Assembly (NCBI GenBank): GCA_963717525.1
Contig: OY970343.1
Location: 868,233-932,232, forward strand
Source: an uncultured Methanoregulaceae archaeon
Lineage (GTDB): Archaea > Halobacteriota > Methanomicrobia > Methanomicrobiales > Methanospirillaceae
Direction of reading: 5' to 3'
Length of the DNA: 64,000 bases
Positions 52,056 through 64,000 of this stretch are shown here, piece after piece (position 1 is the stretch's first letter; each line of letters opens with the position of its first letter). The position numbers and the translations under genes were made by a program. Below the pieces are notes generated by a model. It saw nothing but the letters and a program-made list of their open reading frames with translations. It was not told the DNA's origin and made no database searches.

Positions 52056-52553
52056 TTAATCCACCTTCCCATGCGATGGCAGGAACGGAAAACGTACATC
52101 GATTTTCAGCTTTTTTACCGTGGGAAGGTTGAGGTGATCTTTTGCCGGGACACCGGCCTGGTCAAGGATCCCGGCCAGTACCTGTCCGACCCGTTCATCA
52201 TTTTCAGCGGAGATCGTAAACCAGAGGGTGTAGTAATGGTCCCGCCGGAAATTATGGGATACTTCCGGGCAGCTGCTGATAATGGCAGCGACCTTCCGGA
52301 CATTGTCCTCAGGAACATGAAGCGCGACGAGTGTCGCAGCGGACAACCCCATCTTCCGGGATTCGAGTACCGGGGAAATACCCCGTAAGACTCCCTCTTC
52401 TTTCAACTTCATAAGCCGTTCCAGAAGCTCATGTTCGGCTATGCCGACCCGTGATGCGATCACCGCATACGGCCGGTCAACAAGGGGGATGTCATCCTGG
52501 AGTGCATCGAGAATACGCAGGTCAACCTGATCCCGTATTACGGGGGCCGTCAC
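52056..52553 (-). CDS. ahbA: Siroheme decarboxylase alpha subunit (AhbA/NirD-like)
   Basis: LQDDIPLVDRPY, ATLVA, VSHNFRRDHYYTLWFT, LKIDVRF. Confidence 0.9.
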   Translation of the reverse strand: MTAPVIRDQVDLRILDALQDDIPLVDRPYAVIASRVGIAEHELLERLMKLKEEGVLRGISPVLESRKMGLSAATLVALHVPEDNVRKVAAIISSCPEVSHNFRRDHYYTLWFTISAENDERVGQVLAGILDQAGVPAKDHLNLPTVKKLKIDVRFPFLPSHGKVD

Positions 52554-53652
52554 GCTGCGCCGCCTCCCGGTTCATACGGGCACCAGGGATCATCACCGAA
52601 GATTCCGGTGTCGGAGAGATTCTCCGCCGGATAAGTCCGTCGCACCATCCCGTGGAAAATGCATCTGCTCCCCGGTATGCCCGGGCCCTGCACCCCCCGC
52701 AGATGGCATTGTAGTGACAACGGCCGCATTTCCCGGTGAGCATCGCCGGGTCGCGGAGTGCAGTAAAGAGAGGAGAGTTATACCAGATATCAGCAAAAGA
52801 CGCAGTCCGTACATTCCCGGCACTCACCGGCAGGTACGGGCAGGGGGTCACATCGCCATTTGCGTAAATACGGCAGTAGCTGATCCCCGCGATGCAGCCC
52901 CGCCCCCATGCAGGACTCATGATCCCGGCCTCATCTGCAATGCGGCGGAACTGCGGGGCACAGGTCGGGCGGATATTCACTCCATGGTCCCGGTACCTGA
53001 TAAGGATCTGGCGGATCATCTCTTCGTATTCCAGAATGCCCGGATCTTCCCTTACACGAGCCCTCCCGGTCGGTACCGCAAAGAAGATCTGGAACTCCCG
53101 GACCCCAAGGACCGTGCCTGTCTCAATTACTCCTTCAACATCGCGGAGATCCGGGCGCATGACTGACATATTGATCTGGACGCCGATCCCCTGGTTGCGG
53201 CAGTCCCGGATGGCCCGGATCGCCTGCTCCCAGACCCCGCTCATCCCCCGGAACTGGTCATGCACGGCCGGTTCGGCTGAATCAAGGCTGATCGCCACCG
53301 CACGGATACCCGATTCGCGCAGTTTTGCCGCGACTTTCTCGTTGATCAAAAAACCGCTGGTACCCATGACCATCCGGAGACCCCGGTCGGTCCCGTACCG
53401 GGCGATAGAAAATACGTCCTCCCTCATGAGAGGCTCCCCCCCGCTCAGCACGACAACAGGGTTTCCCGTCTCGCAGATCTGGTCGATGACCCTGAAGGCT
53501 TCCTCAGTTGAAAGCACCCCTTCCGCTTCGCGCTCGCCGGCATCCACATAGCAGTGGGCGCATTTCAGCGGACACCGCAGGGTAATGTTCCACGAAATGA
53601 TACGCGGTGCACCGGATGCACCGTTCAAATCTTCTGTCCTTTTGCCACGCAC
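52550..53652 (-). CDS. ahbD: Heme b synthase, radical SAM/SPASM (AhbD/NirJ2); indel near 52620
   Basis: SWNITLRCPLKCAHCY, SGGEP, TCAPQFRR, GCIAG, PCPYLP, KCGRC..CGGCRARA, corrected DDPWCPY. Confidence 0.85.
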
Positions 53653-53704
53653 TGCCCGGGTTCCTTATCCGCCTTCCTCGAGGTTCTCCACGATGAAAAG
53701 GCGT

Positions 53705-55940
<2,236 letters not shown>

Positions 55941-56165
55941 TTATCCACTGTGATGAATTGAATATTCCTATACCTACCCAACTAACGATCGCCTCAGCAG
56001 CGGATATGGTTACGGTGTTTGAGTAAGGGGGCCTTCCGACACCGCCGTCCGTTGCAAGACCGGGGTCTTCTTCTTTGGATCCTGCAAAAACTACCCGGGA
56101 TGACCGTCATTCATGAAAAGCTTAAAATATCCCTCCCTCCCTTTTTTCAGTTCAGTGAATCCCGG

Positions 56166-56988
56166 ATGAAAACCGACGACAATCCTGCAGGGATGGAAAA
56201 GATGCCCGTGCTCTTTATCGGCCACGGGTCGCCCATGAACATAGTGCTCAAAAACCGGTTCACCCGGAGCCTCGCCGATCTCGGAGCCTCCCTGCCCCGG
56301 CCTGCAGCCATCATGGTCATATCGGCACACTGGCTTACCCGGGGAAGTTTTGTCACCTGCATTGACCGGCCCCGGATGATCTATGATTTCTATGGGTTCC
56401 CGGAGGAACTTTACCGGGTGAAGTACGGGTGCACCGGGGCGCCACTCCTTGCAAAATACGTTACAGAGGCTCTGGAGCGGGGCTATCCGGTGCGACCATG
56501 CATGGGGGATCGACCACGCCTCCTACTCGGTCCTCATGCACATGTTTCCTTCGGCAGATATCCCGGTCTTCGAGATGAGTTTGGATTACACGGTCAATGA
56601 CTGGCACCCAAAGACGATCCAGTACCATTACGATCTTGCAAAAAAACTCTCTGCCCTTCGTGAGAGAGGAGTCCTTGTCATCGGCAGCGGGAACATGGTA
56701 CATAACCTCGGCCTCATAGACTTTGCCGACATGGACGCCGCGCCTCCTGCATGGGCGAGGGAGGCGGACGAGTGGATGCGCGACCGGATTGTTGCCGGAG
56801 AGCACCACGAGCTTTTCGAGTATCCGTCCACAGGAGGTGAGTCGGCCTCCCGGGCGGTACCAACCCTTGATCACTATCTCCCGATGATCTATGCCCTCGC
56901 GTTGCAGGAAAAATGGGAGAGCATCCGGTTTACCTGCGAAGGATTCCAGAACGGATCAATCTCTATGAGGAGTTTCCAGATCGGCTAA
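56166..56988 (+). CDS. ygiD: 4,5-DOPA extradiol dioxygenase-like (YgiD/LigB family); indel near 56480
   Basis: FIGHGSPMN, ISAHW, YDFYGFP, WGIDH, GSGNMVHNL, PTLDHYLP, SISMRS. Confidence 0.88.
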
Positions 56989-57021
56989 AAGAGGAAACCC
57001 CCACCTTGCATAGGATTGAAT

Positions 57022-57240
57022 GGGGGCCACCCCCCACCCATTATTTTTTCAAGAGGGGATCACCCCCCTCCCCCCTTTCCGTGTAAGTGGGGGGTACCCC
57101 ACCCCATGGTTCCAGCAGCCTGATCCTGTATTTCGCGTGGAGTCTTCACCTGAGCGAGTGTGCCGGAAACGGCCGGAGGGGGGTGGCGAATACCCCCCTC
57201 CCCATTATTTTTTCAAGTGGGGGGTACCCTCCCCCCATGG
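57022..57240. repeat. Degenerate tandem G/C-tract repeats
   Basis: cccattattttttcaag at 57037 and 57201; aagtggggggtaccc..ccccatgg at 57085 and 57215. Confidence 0.7.
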
Positions 57241-57490
57241 ACCTTGGGCGTTTTGGGCCGGATAAATTCAGGCAGAGGGGAAAGATCGCCTGGCTCCTTT
57301 TCCGGACCGGGTAACGCCCTTTCCTGTGGGGGAATCGGTCATGGGAATGACACTGCTTAATAGTGCTGGTCCTGCCCGTTAATGACTTCTCGTTTTGAAA
57401 ACTGATTCCTGACGTAACAATTATCTTCTCCGATGGTGAAGTTCCCGTGTCCAAATCCTTCGGTAAGGATCGACATCAAAGGTGAACGAG

Positions 57491-58381
57491 ATGGTAAAAG
57501 CATACCCGTATGGGAAGGGGGACGGAGGAGTCCAATGGGTATCCGGTGAATGGCTGGAGAACCACCTGCAGGATAAGGGCCTCCTCATCGTTGACTGCCA
57601 GCCGAATGTCCACGAATACATCCAGGATCATATTCCCGGGGCCCTGTATGCCCATGAGAACCTGTTCCGCATTCATGAAGGCGCAATTCCTACGCGTTGG
57701 ATTCCGGCCGATGCAGCCGAGGTCCTCTTCAGGACGCTCGGGCTGGAACCGGAAAAACCGGTTGTGGTGTACTCAAGCGGAGGTCCTCTGACAACGTGCG
57801 GCAACTATATCGGCGACGGTCTTGAACAGACTATGGTCGCCTACACGCTCGCCCGTTATGGTCACCGGAAGGTCTATGTCCTTGACGGCGGGCTGGAGAA
57901 ATGGAAGGACGAGAAGCGACCCGTCACACGCCAGTTCGATCTTGCCAAACCCTCTTCGTTCATGGTGGACCTGCAGAAGGATTTCTTCGTGGACTACTAT
58001 GAATTTACCCGGATGAAGGATCGGCCGGACGTCGTTGTTCTGGATGCCCGGCCCTCGCCGGTATATGAAGGGCAGGGCCCGTGGATCCGTCCCGGCCATA
58101 TTCCCGGTGCCGTCAGCCTGCCCTGGAAGAGCCTGATGGACGACAAGAACAAGAAACTCATGAAACCCGATGACCAGATCACGACACTCGTGAAGGCTGC
58201 CGGGGCAACACCGGACAAGACCATCATCTGTTCCTGCGGGACCGGGCGGGAGGCCACGAACGAGTTCCTCCTCTTCCGCTATTACCTGGGGTACCCGAAT
58301 GTCTTCCTCTATGAAGGGGGATTTACCGAATGGTCGTCGTATCCAGCCAACCCGACCGTAACCGGGAAAAACCCGCGGTAA
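57491..58381 (+). CDS. Tandem-domain sulfurtransferase (rhodanese)
   Basis: HIPGA twice, LDGGLEKW, DARP, active loop CGTGREA, YEGGFTEW. Confidence 0.92.
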   Translation: MVKAYPYGKGDGGVQWVSGEWLENHLQDKGLLIVDCQPNVHEYIQDHIPGALYAHENLFRIHEGAIPTRWIPADAAEVLFRTLGLEPEKPVVVYSSGGPLTTCGNYIGDGLEQTMVAYTLARYGHRKVYVLDGGLEKWKDEKRPVTRQFDLAKPSSFMVDLQKDFFVDYYEFTRMKDRPDVVVLDARPSPVYEGQGPWIRPGHIPGAVSLPWKSLMDDKNKKLMKPDDQITTLVKAAGATPDKTIICSCGTGREATNEFLLFRYYLGYPNVFLYEGGFTEWSSYPANPTVTGKNPR

Positions 58382-58676
58382 TTTTTTTAACTTATAAAAA
58401 ATATGCCAGGTTTTGTCCGGCTGAATCAGACAAAAAGAGGGGAAGATACAGCATTTTGAGGGCAAGCTTCTCGTGCGCCGCGATCACCCGGATCATGATT
58501 CCCGGCGCTCTGTGCGATCGCTCAATTGGGGTATACTAAATTATTTATGACAAGGGGGGAATACGTCCAAAAGATGGATTGTCATGAGTTTTATCAGGGT
58601 CACCCATGGCATGTGAGATACCTCCCGGGACCATGAAACACGTTACAGGGCAGAGGGAAAGAGTAAGGGTGAGCGT

Positions 58677-59645
58677 ATGCAGGTCATAGAGACAAAAAAG
58701 CTGACAAAGACCTATACTGCCCTTACCGCTGTTGATAACCTTGACATGAAGATCGAGAAAGGGGAAGTTTTTGGCCTTCTTGGGCCGAACGGGGCGGGAA
58801 AATCGACAACTCTCCTGATGCTGACAACCTTAATCCCGCCGACATCCGGGACGGCTCTGGTGAATAATTTTGACATCATACAAGAGCCTGACCGGGTCAG
58901 GAAATCAATCGGGATTGTCTTCCAGGACCCCAGTTCAGATGAGGTGCTGACCGGGTACGAGAACCTGAAACTCCACGGCCTCCTCTACGATATGGACGCC
59001 AAACTACGGGAGGAAAGGATCGTGGAGGTGCTTGCGCTCGTCGACCTCACCGGCAGAAAAGACGATATGGTCAAGAAATATTCCGGGGGAATGCGGAGAA
59101 GGCTTGAGCTTGCCCGGGGCCTGATGCATCACCCCGAGATTTTATTCCTGGATGAGCCGACGCTCGGCCTCGACCCCCAGACACGTGAGCATATCTGGGA
59201 ATACATCAAGAAACTGGCCACCGAGAAGCACATCACCATCATCATCACCACTCACTACATGGACGAGGCCGACCGGCTCTGCGACCGGCTCGCAATCATC
59301 GACCGGGGGAAGATCGTTGCACTCGGTTCCCCTGACCAGCTGAAAAAAGACCTTGGCGGCGACATCGTCCGCATGAAAATGAAAAACTTCGACAAGGACA
59401 AGCTCAGGGATCTGGACTACGTCAAGGATGTTAAAGAGGACGATGGGGCTATCAGCGTGACTGTGAAGGATGCGGGCAGGCACCTTCAGGATCTTCTCGC
59501 CCGGGTAGGCACGGTGGAATCAGTCGAGGTCCGACCGCTGACTCTCGAGGACGTGTTTCTCCACTATACCGGCAGGACGATCAGGGAAGGTGCCCCCGAA
59601 GGCGGCTGGGCCGAGAAAGTAATGGCGGCGAGACTGAGAAAATGA
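58677..59645 (+). CDS. ABC-2 exporter ATPase (DrrA-like)
   Basis: GPNGAGKST, YSGGMRRRLE, LDEPT.GLDP, TTHYM, TLEDVF. Confidence 0.93.
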   Translation: MQVIETKKLTKTYTALTAVDNLDMKIEKGEVFGLLGPNGAGKSTTLLMLTTLIPPTSGTALVNNFDIIQEPDRVRKSIGIVFQDPSSDEVLTGYENLKLHGLLYDMDAKLREERIVEVLALVDLTGRKDDMVKKYSGGMRRRLELARGLMHHPEILFLDEPTLGLDPQTREHIWEYIKKLATEKHITIIITTHYMDEADRLCDRLAIIDRGKIVALGSPDQLKKDLGGDIVRMKMKNFDKDKLRDLDYVKDVKEDDGAISVTVKDAGRHLQDLLARVGTVESVEVRPLTLEDVFLHYTGRTIREGAPEGGWAEKVMAARLRK

Positions 59646-60412
59646 GCGAGCTGAAAGGAATCTATGCACTCTGGTACCGCGAATTCAAGGTCTTCCAGCG
59701 GGAGCGGTCCCGGATAGTCGCATCCATCGTCAACCCGGTGCTCTGGCTCCTGATTATCGGCGGAGGTCTTGGATCCGTGTTATCCTTCGGGGGAGTGAAT
59801 TACTTAACTTTCCTGTACCCGGGAATCCTTGTCCAGTCGCTTTTGTTTTCGGCGGTCTTTTTCGGGGTGTATATCGTATGGGATAAAAAAATCGATTTCT
59901 TAAAAGAAGTGCTGGTATCCCCGATGTCAAGGACATCCATTTTTATCGGCAAGATCCTCGGGGGATCCACTGACACGCTTCTTCAGTCAGCCATCCTGCT
60001 CGTCATTGGCTATGCATTCACCGTCACCGGCGTACTCGCAGGGCTTACGTTCACTCCGTTCTCGGTCGTCATTTCCTGTATTTTTTTATTCGTGACGACG
60101 GTCGGGCTCGTCAGCATCGGTCTTATCATCGGCTCACAGATGGAGAGCCCCGAAGGGTTCCAGCTCATAAGCAGCTTCCTGATATTCCCGATGTTTTTTC
60201 TCTCCGGGGCCCTCTTTCCTATCGAGAATCTCCCGGCCTGGCTCACTCCCTTCGTGTTGCTTAACCCTGCTACCTATTCAGTGGACGGCTTACGGGGGGC
60301 GCTCGTCGGACTGCACCGGTTCAACATCGGTCTCGATCTCCTCGTTATAAGCGCATTTTCCCTTGTTATGATCCTCATCGGGACGTATGCTTTCAGGAAA
60401 ATAAAACTGTGA
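59642..60412 (+). CDS. ABC-2 exporter permease (DrrB-like)
   Basis: YLTFLYPG, FLKEVLVSP, FLSGALFP, NPATY.VDGLR. Confidence 0.92.
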   Translation: MSELKGIYALWYREFKVFQRERSRIVASIVNPVLWLLIIGGGLGSVLSFGGVNYLTFLYPGILVQSLLFSAVFFGVYIVWDKKIDFLKEVLVSPMSRTSIFIGKILGGSTDTLLQSAILLVIGYAFTVTGVLAGLTFTPFSVVISCIFLFVTTVGLVSIGLIIGSQMESPEGFQLISSFLIFPMFFLSGALFPIENLPAWLTPFVLLNPATYSVDGLRGALVGLHRFNIGLDLLVISAFSLVMILIGTYAFRKIKL

Positions 60413-60558
60413 GCGTTGTGCTGTAGCTGCAGGTCCTGTTGCACCTGCGGGACGTTTACCTGCGCACCGTTGGCCGGGTCACGGCGATAGTAGGGTTGGT
60501 TGACACGACCACAGCACGCAACCAGAGGCTCCGGATTCGAAGGAATGCCTAAAATATA

Positions 60559-61251
60559 TTAACTATACTGGCTTTCGTTCAGGTTCCCCGAGTTTGAATA
60601 TCCCCGCTGCTCCCAGTAGCCCTGGTAATTTGGATTATCAGAGAGTTCAATCTCATCGATCCATTTGATCCACTTGTAACCCCATTTGTCCTCTGCCACC
60701 AGCCGGAAAGGATAGCCGTGTTGGGGATCGATGGTGACATTGTTCATTTTGTATGCGATGATGATATCGTTGTCCATGACATAGCTGAGCGGGAACGATG
60801 TTGTGTACCCGTCAGTAGCGTGGAAGATCACCGTATTTGCCCGCGGGTCGACACCTGCATCATTGATGAGATCCCTGACAAGCACACCTTCCCAAAGGAT
60901 CTTAACAGACCAGCCTTCGACGCAATTGAGCGTAACAACCTTGGTGTAGTGCTGGTAATTGTCGAGGACCTCATTATAGGTCATCATTTTGGTTGTCGTG
61001 GTGAGGCCGGTGACAGTAAGCCGGTAATCAGAGATGTTCACGTTCTGGGTACCGATGATTGCATTCTCGGGCACATTGCTGATGGACGAGAGGTCCTGTC
61101 CCTCATAGGACCGGACTTCGACAGCTGCGAGGTTTGTGGTCCCGGCTGGGGATTGTCCGGATCTAAACACCGGGCTCAAAAAGACTACCACAAGAGCGAT
61201 AACGACGACCGCTATCACAAGCGCGATCACGAGGTACAAGCGATTGTTCAT
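60559..61251 (-). CDS. Membrane-anchored molybdopterin-dependent oxidoreductase (sulfite oxidase/MsrP-like)
   Basis: N-terminal TM, LNCVEGWS, HGYPFRLV, GYKWIKW, GYWEQRGY. Confidence 0.88.
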   Translation of the reverse strand: MNNRLYLVIALVIAVVVIALVVVFLSPVFRSGQSPAGTTNLAAVEVRSYEGQDLSSISNVPENAIIGTQNVNISDYRLTVTGLTTTTKMMTYNEVLDNYQHYTKVVTLNCVEGWSVKILWEGVLVRDLINDAGVDPRANTVIFHATDGYTTSFPLSYVMDNDIIIAYKMNNVTIDPQHGYPFRLVAEDKWGYKWIKWIDEIELSDNPNYQGYWEQRGYSNSGNLNESQYS

Positions 61252-61330
61252 TGATTGTTACCTGCACCCTCAGTCACATTAAGGTTGGGATTGGGGAACA
61301 GGACCGGTGTCTCCCGGCCGGGATTGCCGG

Positions 61331-61633
61331 TCATACCGTTCCAGCAGCACCCTTTTTCTTCGGATACCGGTACGCGACAAGTTCCGCCGAAGCGCCGATA
61401 ACAATCCCCATGACAAAACCCCATGGGGAAAGCCCGCAGACGCCCTGCCATTCTGTTATTATCATTCCAAGAAACGTGCAGGTGATGAGAATGGGTACAA
61501 AGAGCTTCCCGGGGATCGGCTGTCGCCTGCCACCCTGTACAATTTCACGTTTTTCTGCCCGGAAATACAGGAACAGACAAAGAACGGCAAGTGCAAGGCC
61601 ACAAAGGGCAATAATCGTGAAGGTCTGGGACAT
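61331..61633 (-). CDS. Small membrane protein, about 3 TM
   Basis: Hydrophobic 100-aa ORF from MSQTFTII, co-oriented with the oxidoreductase. Confidence 0.55.
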   Translation of the reverse strand: MSQTFTIIALCGLALAVLCLFLYFRAEKREIVQGGRRQPIPGKLFVPILITCTFLGMIITEWQGVCGLSPWGFVMGIVIGASAELVAYRYPKKKGAAGTV

Positions 61634-61914
61634 GGTTGAAGGATGGGATCTGCACGAAAACATTACAGCGATCTGGATATATAGTTCGGGTTGATGACAA
61701 TCATGGGAGCGAGCGATCAAGGGCAAAGCCTGCACATTCTGCATAAAACCCCCCTGCCTGTCGACGTTTTTCACTGCACTACGGGGACTTTCCAAAGGGG
61801 CTTTCAGGGCCGGGCCGGGGTTTTTCCATCGTACTTCATCTGCCTGATGCGATCACTTTCACCCCCCGCGTGGCCGGCACTTTATCTCCCTCAGCAGGGC
61901 AGGGATCCGGTGCC

Positions 61915-62436
61915 ATGCATATCGAGCTCCGCAAGGGTCTGACACTCCGGCCAGGCACATTCAACGCGGTCATTGCACCCGAGAAAGAGATAGTCACCGC
62001 CATTAACAGCAACGCGGATCTCCAGCGGTTCCTGTTCCTTTACATCAGCGGGAACTACTCCCGGATCCTGTCAGGTATCAACAGGCAGTCAAAAAACTTT
62101 GATGTCCGCCGTGGATTTACCGCCCACCAGCTCTTCACCATACTCCGGGAGGCCGGCCATACGGTCGTCTTTGTCGAGCACGACCCCTCGCTTTTTGACG
62201 GGGCGGCAGCCATGCTCGAACCAATTGCCAGTGCCTTGAAAGAGGCCGCCCGGGAGTCGCTCGTCATCCTCTATACGCCGGTTGCCGACCGCACATTCTC
62301 AACACTTGGACGGAACGCGGATCACTACATCGAGATCGTTCCGGTTGAAGAGACCCGGTACCCGATCCGCACCAGCCGTACCGTACGGCAGTGCGGCCTG
62401 CGTCCCTCCGGGCAACGCACGCTGGAGGTATCATAA
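61915..62436 (+). CDS. Degenerate RecA/RadA-like protein of the kind found in archaeal PolB2 loci
   Basis: VRRGFTAHQL motif, VVFVEHDPSLF; no intact Walker A. Confidence 0.6.
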   Translation: MHIELRKGLTLRPGTFNAVIAPEKEIVTAINSNADLQRFLFLYISGNYSRILSGINRQSKNFDVRRGFTAHQLFTILREAGHTVVFVEHDPSLFDGAAAMLEPIASALKEAARESLVILYTPVADRTFSTLGRNADHYIEIVPVEETRYPIRTSRTVRQCGLRPSGQRTLEVS

Positions 62437-62701
62437 ATGGGCAGGACATTTCCCAGTGTCCGGCAGGGTGTCAACAGCACGGCGGACCGGTGGGCCCGGT
62501 CAGCCCGGGCACTTAAGAGGGGAGACCAGCAGTACCGGTGAACAGCTCGTGAACCTGGCAAAGACGCATTCGAGCGAGGCGTTTGTAGCCTGCGACGATC
62601 CCCTCGAAGCCGTGGTCTTCTCAGCACTTGTCGAAATCCTCAAGCGGCAGGACCGGCTCGAAGAGGACATGAAAAAGCAACGGGACGAGCCGCCCGGATA
62701 A
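62437..62701 (+). CDS. Small MGRT-motif helical protein (PolB2-associated type); +1 indel near 62535
   Basis: MGRTFPSVRQ..W....RAL...DQ....L...AK.H......DPLEAVVFSALVE; ATG immediately follows the upstream TAA. Confidence 0.65.
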
Positions 62702-63146
62702 CCTCAAGAATCAGGACGGGGTCCAGCGCCGCTTATCCCACCTTTTGACGTCTGAAAAACTCCCGTAAAATCGCCCGATTGATCTCTATAAAATTCAAAG
62801 CCCTTTTATCCTCCTATTTGCCAAAATACGCCAAAATTGAGCCCCATATAATGGCCTTTAGAGCCCCATATTCGCGTTCCAGAGGCCTTGTTTTTCCGGA
62901 TCGTGCAATTGGTAATTTTACCTGTGATCTGCCAAAATAACCCCGTTGTTGAGTCCGTTTTAATTTGTCCGATTGGCAAAATAAGGCTGATTTAAGGTTA
63001 TTTTAAAACGGAGCCCGATACGGGCTTCTTTTGGAGGTAGAAGCGGGCAATCGGGACTCAAATTGGGGCCGGATTGAGGAGGGCGGATCACTGATAGATC
63101 CAGTGGAAAAACAGGTGGACCAGAACTGAGGTTTTCCACGCGGCTC

Positions 63147-63809
63147 TCACAATGGTTTGATTACCTGCTCGTCATCTGCCGCTGTATTATTTATCAGGTC
63201 CGGGACCGGGTACGCCTCCATCCCCTCCGCAGGAAACGGTGAGAGGATCCGGTGCATCTCCTCAGCGGGAAGCGCCTCGCGGGAAACCCAGCGGATCTCA
63301 TCCTCCTGCCGGAGGATCGCCGGCATCCTGTGGTGGATGGGAGCGACGATGCTGTTTGCGGGGGTCGTTATAATCGTGTACGTCGCAAGAGTTGTACCTG
63401 CCGGGTTGTGCCAGATATCGTAGAGCCCGGCAAACGCAAAGACCGGATCGTTGGTTTTGTGGATATAGAACGGGATCCTGCGCCCCCATTCCTCCTTCCA
63501 TTCAAAAAATCCGCTCGCGGGTACAAGGCAGCGTTTCGTCCGCAGCAGATCGCTAAACATCGGCTTATCTGCAAGGTTCTCTGCCCGGGCATTGATCGGG
63601 CGGTGCATTGACTTGATGTCCCGTGCCCAGTGCGGGACAAGCCCCCACTGCATCATGACCGCTTCAACCCGTTGCTCGTGCGCCACGATCACCGGGTTCG
63701 TGCTGCCCGGCGCGATGTTGAAGTGTGAGCGAAAGCCAATGGACGGGTCCATCACCCGGAACCTCCCGCAGATATCATCAATGCAGAGAAGCGAGTACCG
63801 GCCGCACAT
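63147..63809 (-). CDS. SOS response-associated peptidase (SRAP/YedK/HMCES), abasic-site protection
   Basis: MCGRY N-terminus (Cys2), NIAP, WGLVP, INARAE, RCLVPASGFFEW, HHRMP. Confidence 0.95.
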   Translation of the reverse strand: MCGRYSLLCIDDICGRFRVMDPSIGFRSHFNIAPGSTNPVIVAHEQRVEAVMMQWGLVPHWARDIKSMHRPINARAENLADKPMFSDLLRTKRCLVPASGFFEWKEEWGRRIPFYIHKTNDPVFAFAGLYDIWHNPAGTTLATYTIITTPANSIVAPIHHRMPAILRQEDEIRWVSREALPAEEMHRILSPFPAEGMEAYPVPDLINNTAADDEQVIKPL

Positions 63810-63905
63810 ACGCTTCACTCTGGTGCAGGGTCTCTTCAAGGTTTTGCGCCGGGCTGCTGCACCGGGAAAAATGGTTACCTCAGAAAAAAGTTTTCCTTTC
63901 TGAAC

Positions 63906-64000
63906 TTATGAGATCTTTTTGATAAACGTGTCATTTTCGTACTCGTCAAACGCCTGCTGCAGTTCCTCCTGCGTGTTCATGACGATGGGGCCGCCCCATG
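63906..64000 (-). CDS. Pirin family protein, C-terminal fragment (runs off window)
   Basis: Minus-strand translation WGGPIVMNTQEELQQAFDEYENDTFIKKIS-stop. Confidence 0.8.
   Translation of the reverse strand, partial: WGGPIVMNTQEELQQAFDEYENDTFIKKIS

Noticed and set aside
46642-53652. RiPP cluster (SagB-type oxidase plus two radical SAM/SPASM enzymes plus HprK-like kinase)
   Set aside because: The radical SAM genes flank ahbA/ahbB and fit AhbC/AhbD; no YcaO, PqqD/RRE or precursor peptide seen

Overview
Archaeal chromosomal DNA. Gene content and the protein families point to a hydrogenotrophic methanogen of the Methanomicrobiales (Methanoregula-like); this assignment is an inference. The window holds housekeeping genes (purH 3' end, ilvD, M42 peptidase, aminotransferase, hxlB, pdaD, geranylgeranyl reductase), tRNA-Arg(GCG) and a decayed IS1595-family element with intact TIRs and target duplication. 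About 20 single-base indels split otherwise intact genes, which most likely reflects unpolished long-read sequence rather than mass pseudogenisation. Main points of interest: (1) a bacterial-style partner-switching module (RsbW-like kinase plus two STAS proteins) in an organism with no sigma factors, where one STAS is fused to a domain carrying the motif series of alpha-acetolactate decarboxylase; (2) a bacterial-type acetyl-CoA synthase operon with no CODH or AcsE gene but an embedded core methionine synthase; (3) a roughly 4079-aa all-TPR protein (about 120 repeats) containing a tandem 8-TPR duplication; (4) a katG-ahbDABC cassette coupling catalase-peroxidase to heme synthesis, inside a larger oxidative-stress/detox region; (5) structured, repeat-rich intergenic elements, an orphan HepT-like protein lacking its catalytic motif, and PolB2-type accessory genes next to a SRAP gene. 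No database searches were run; all family calls come from motif recognition.
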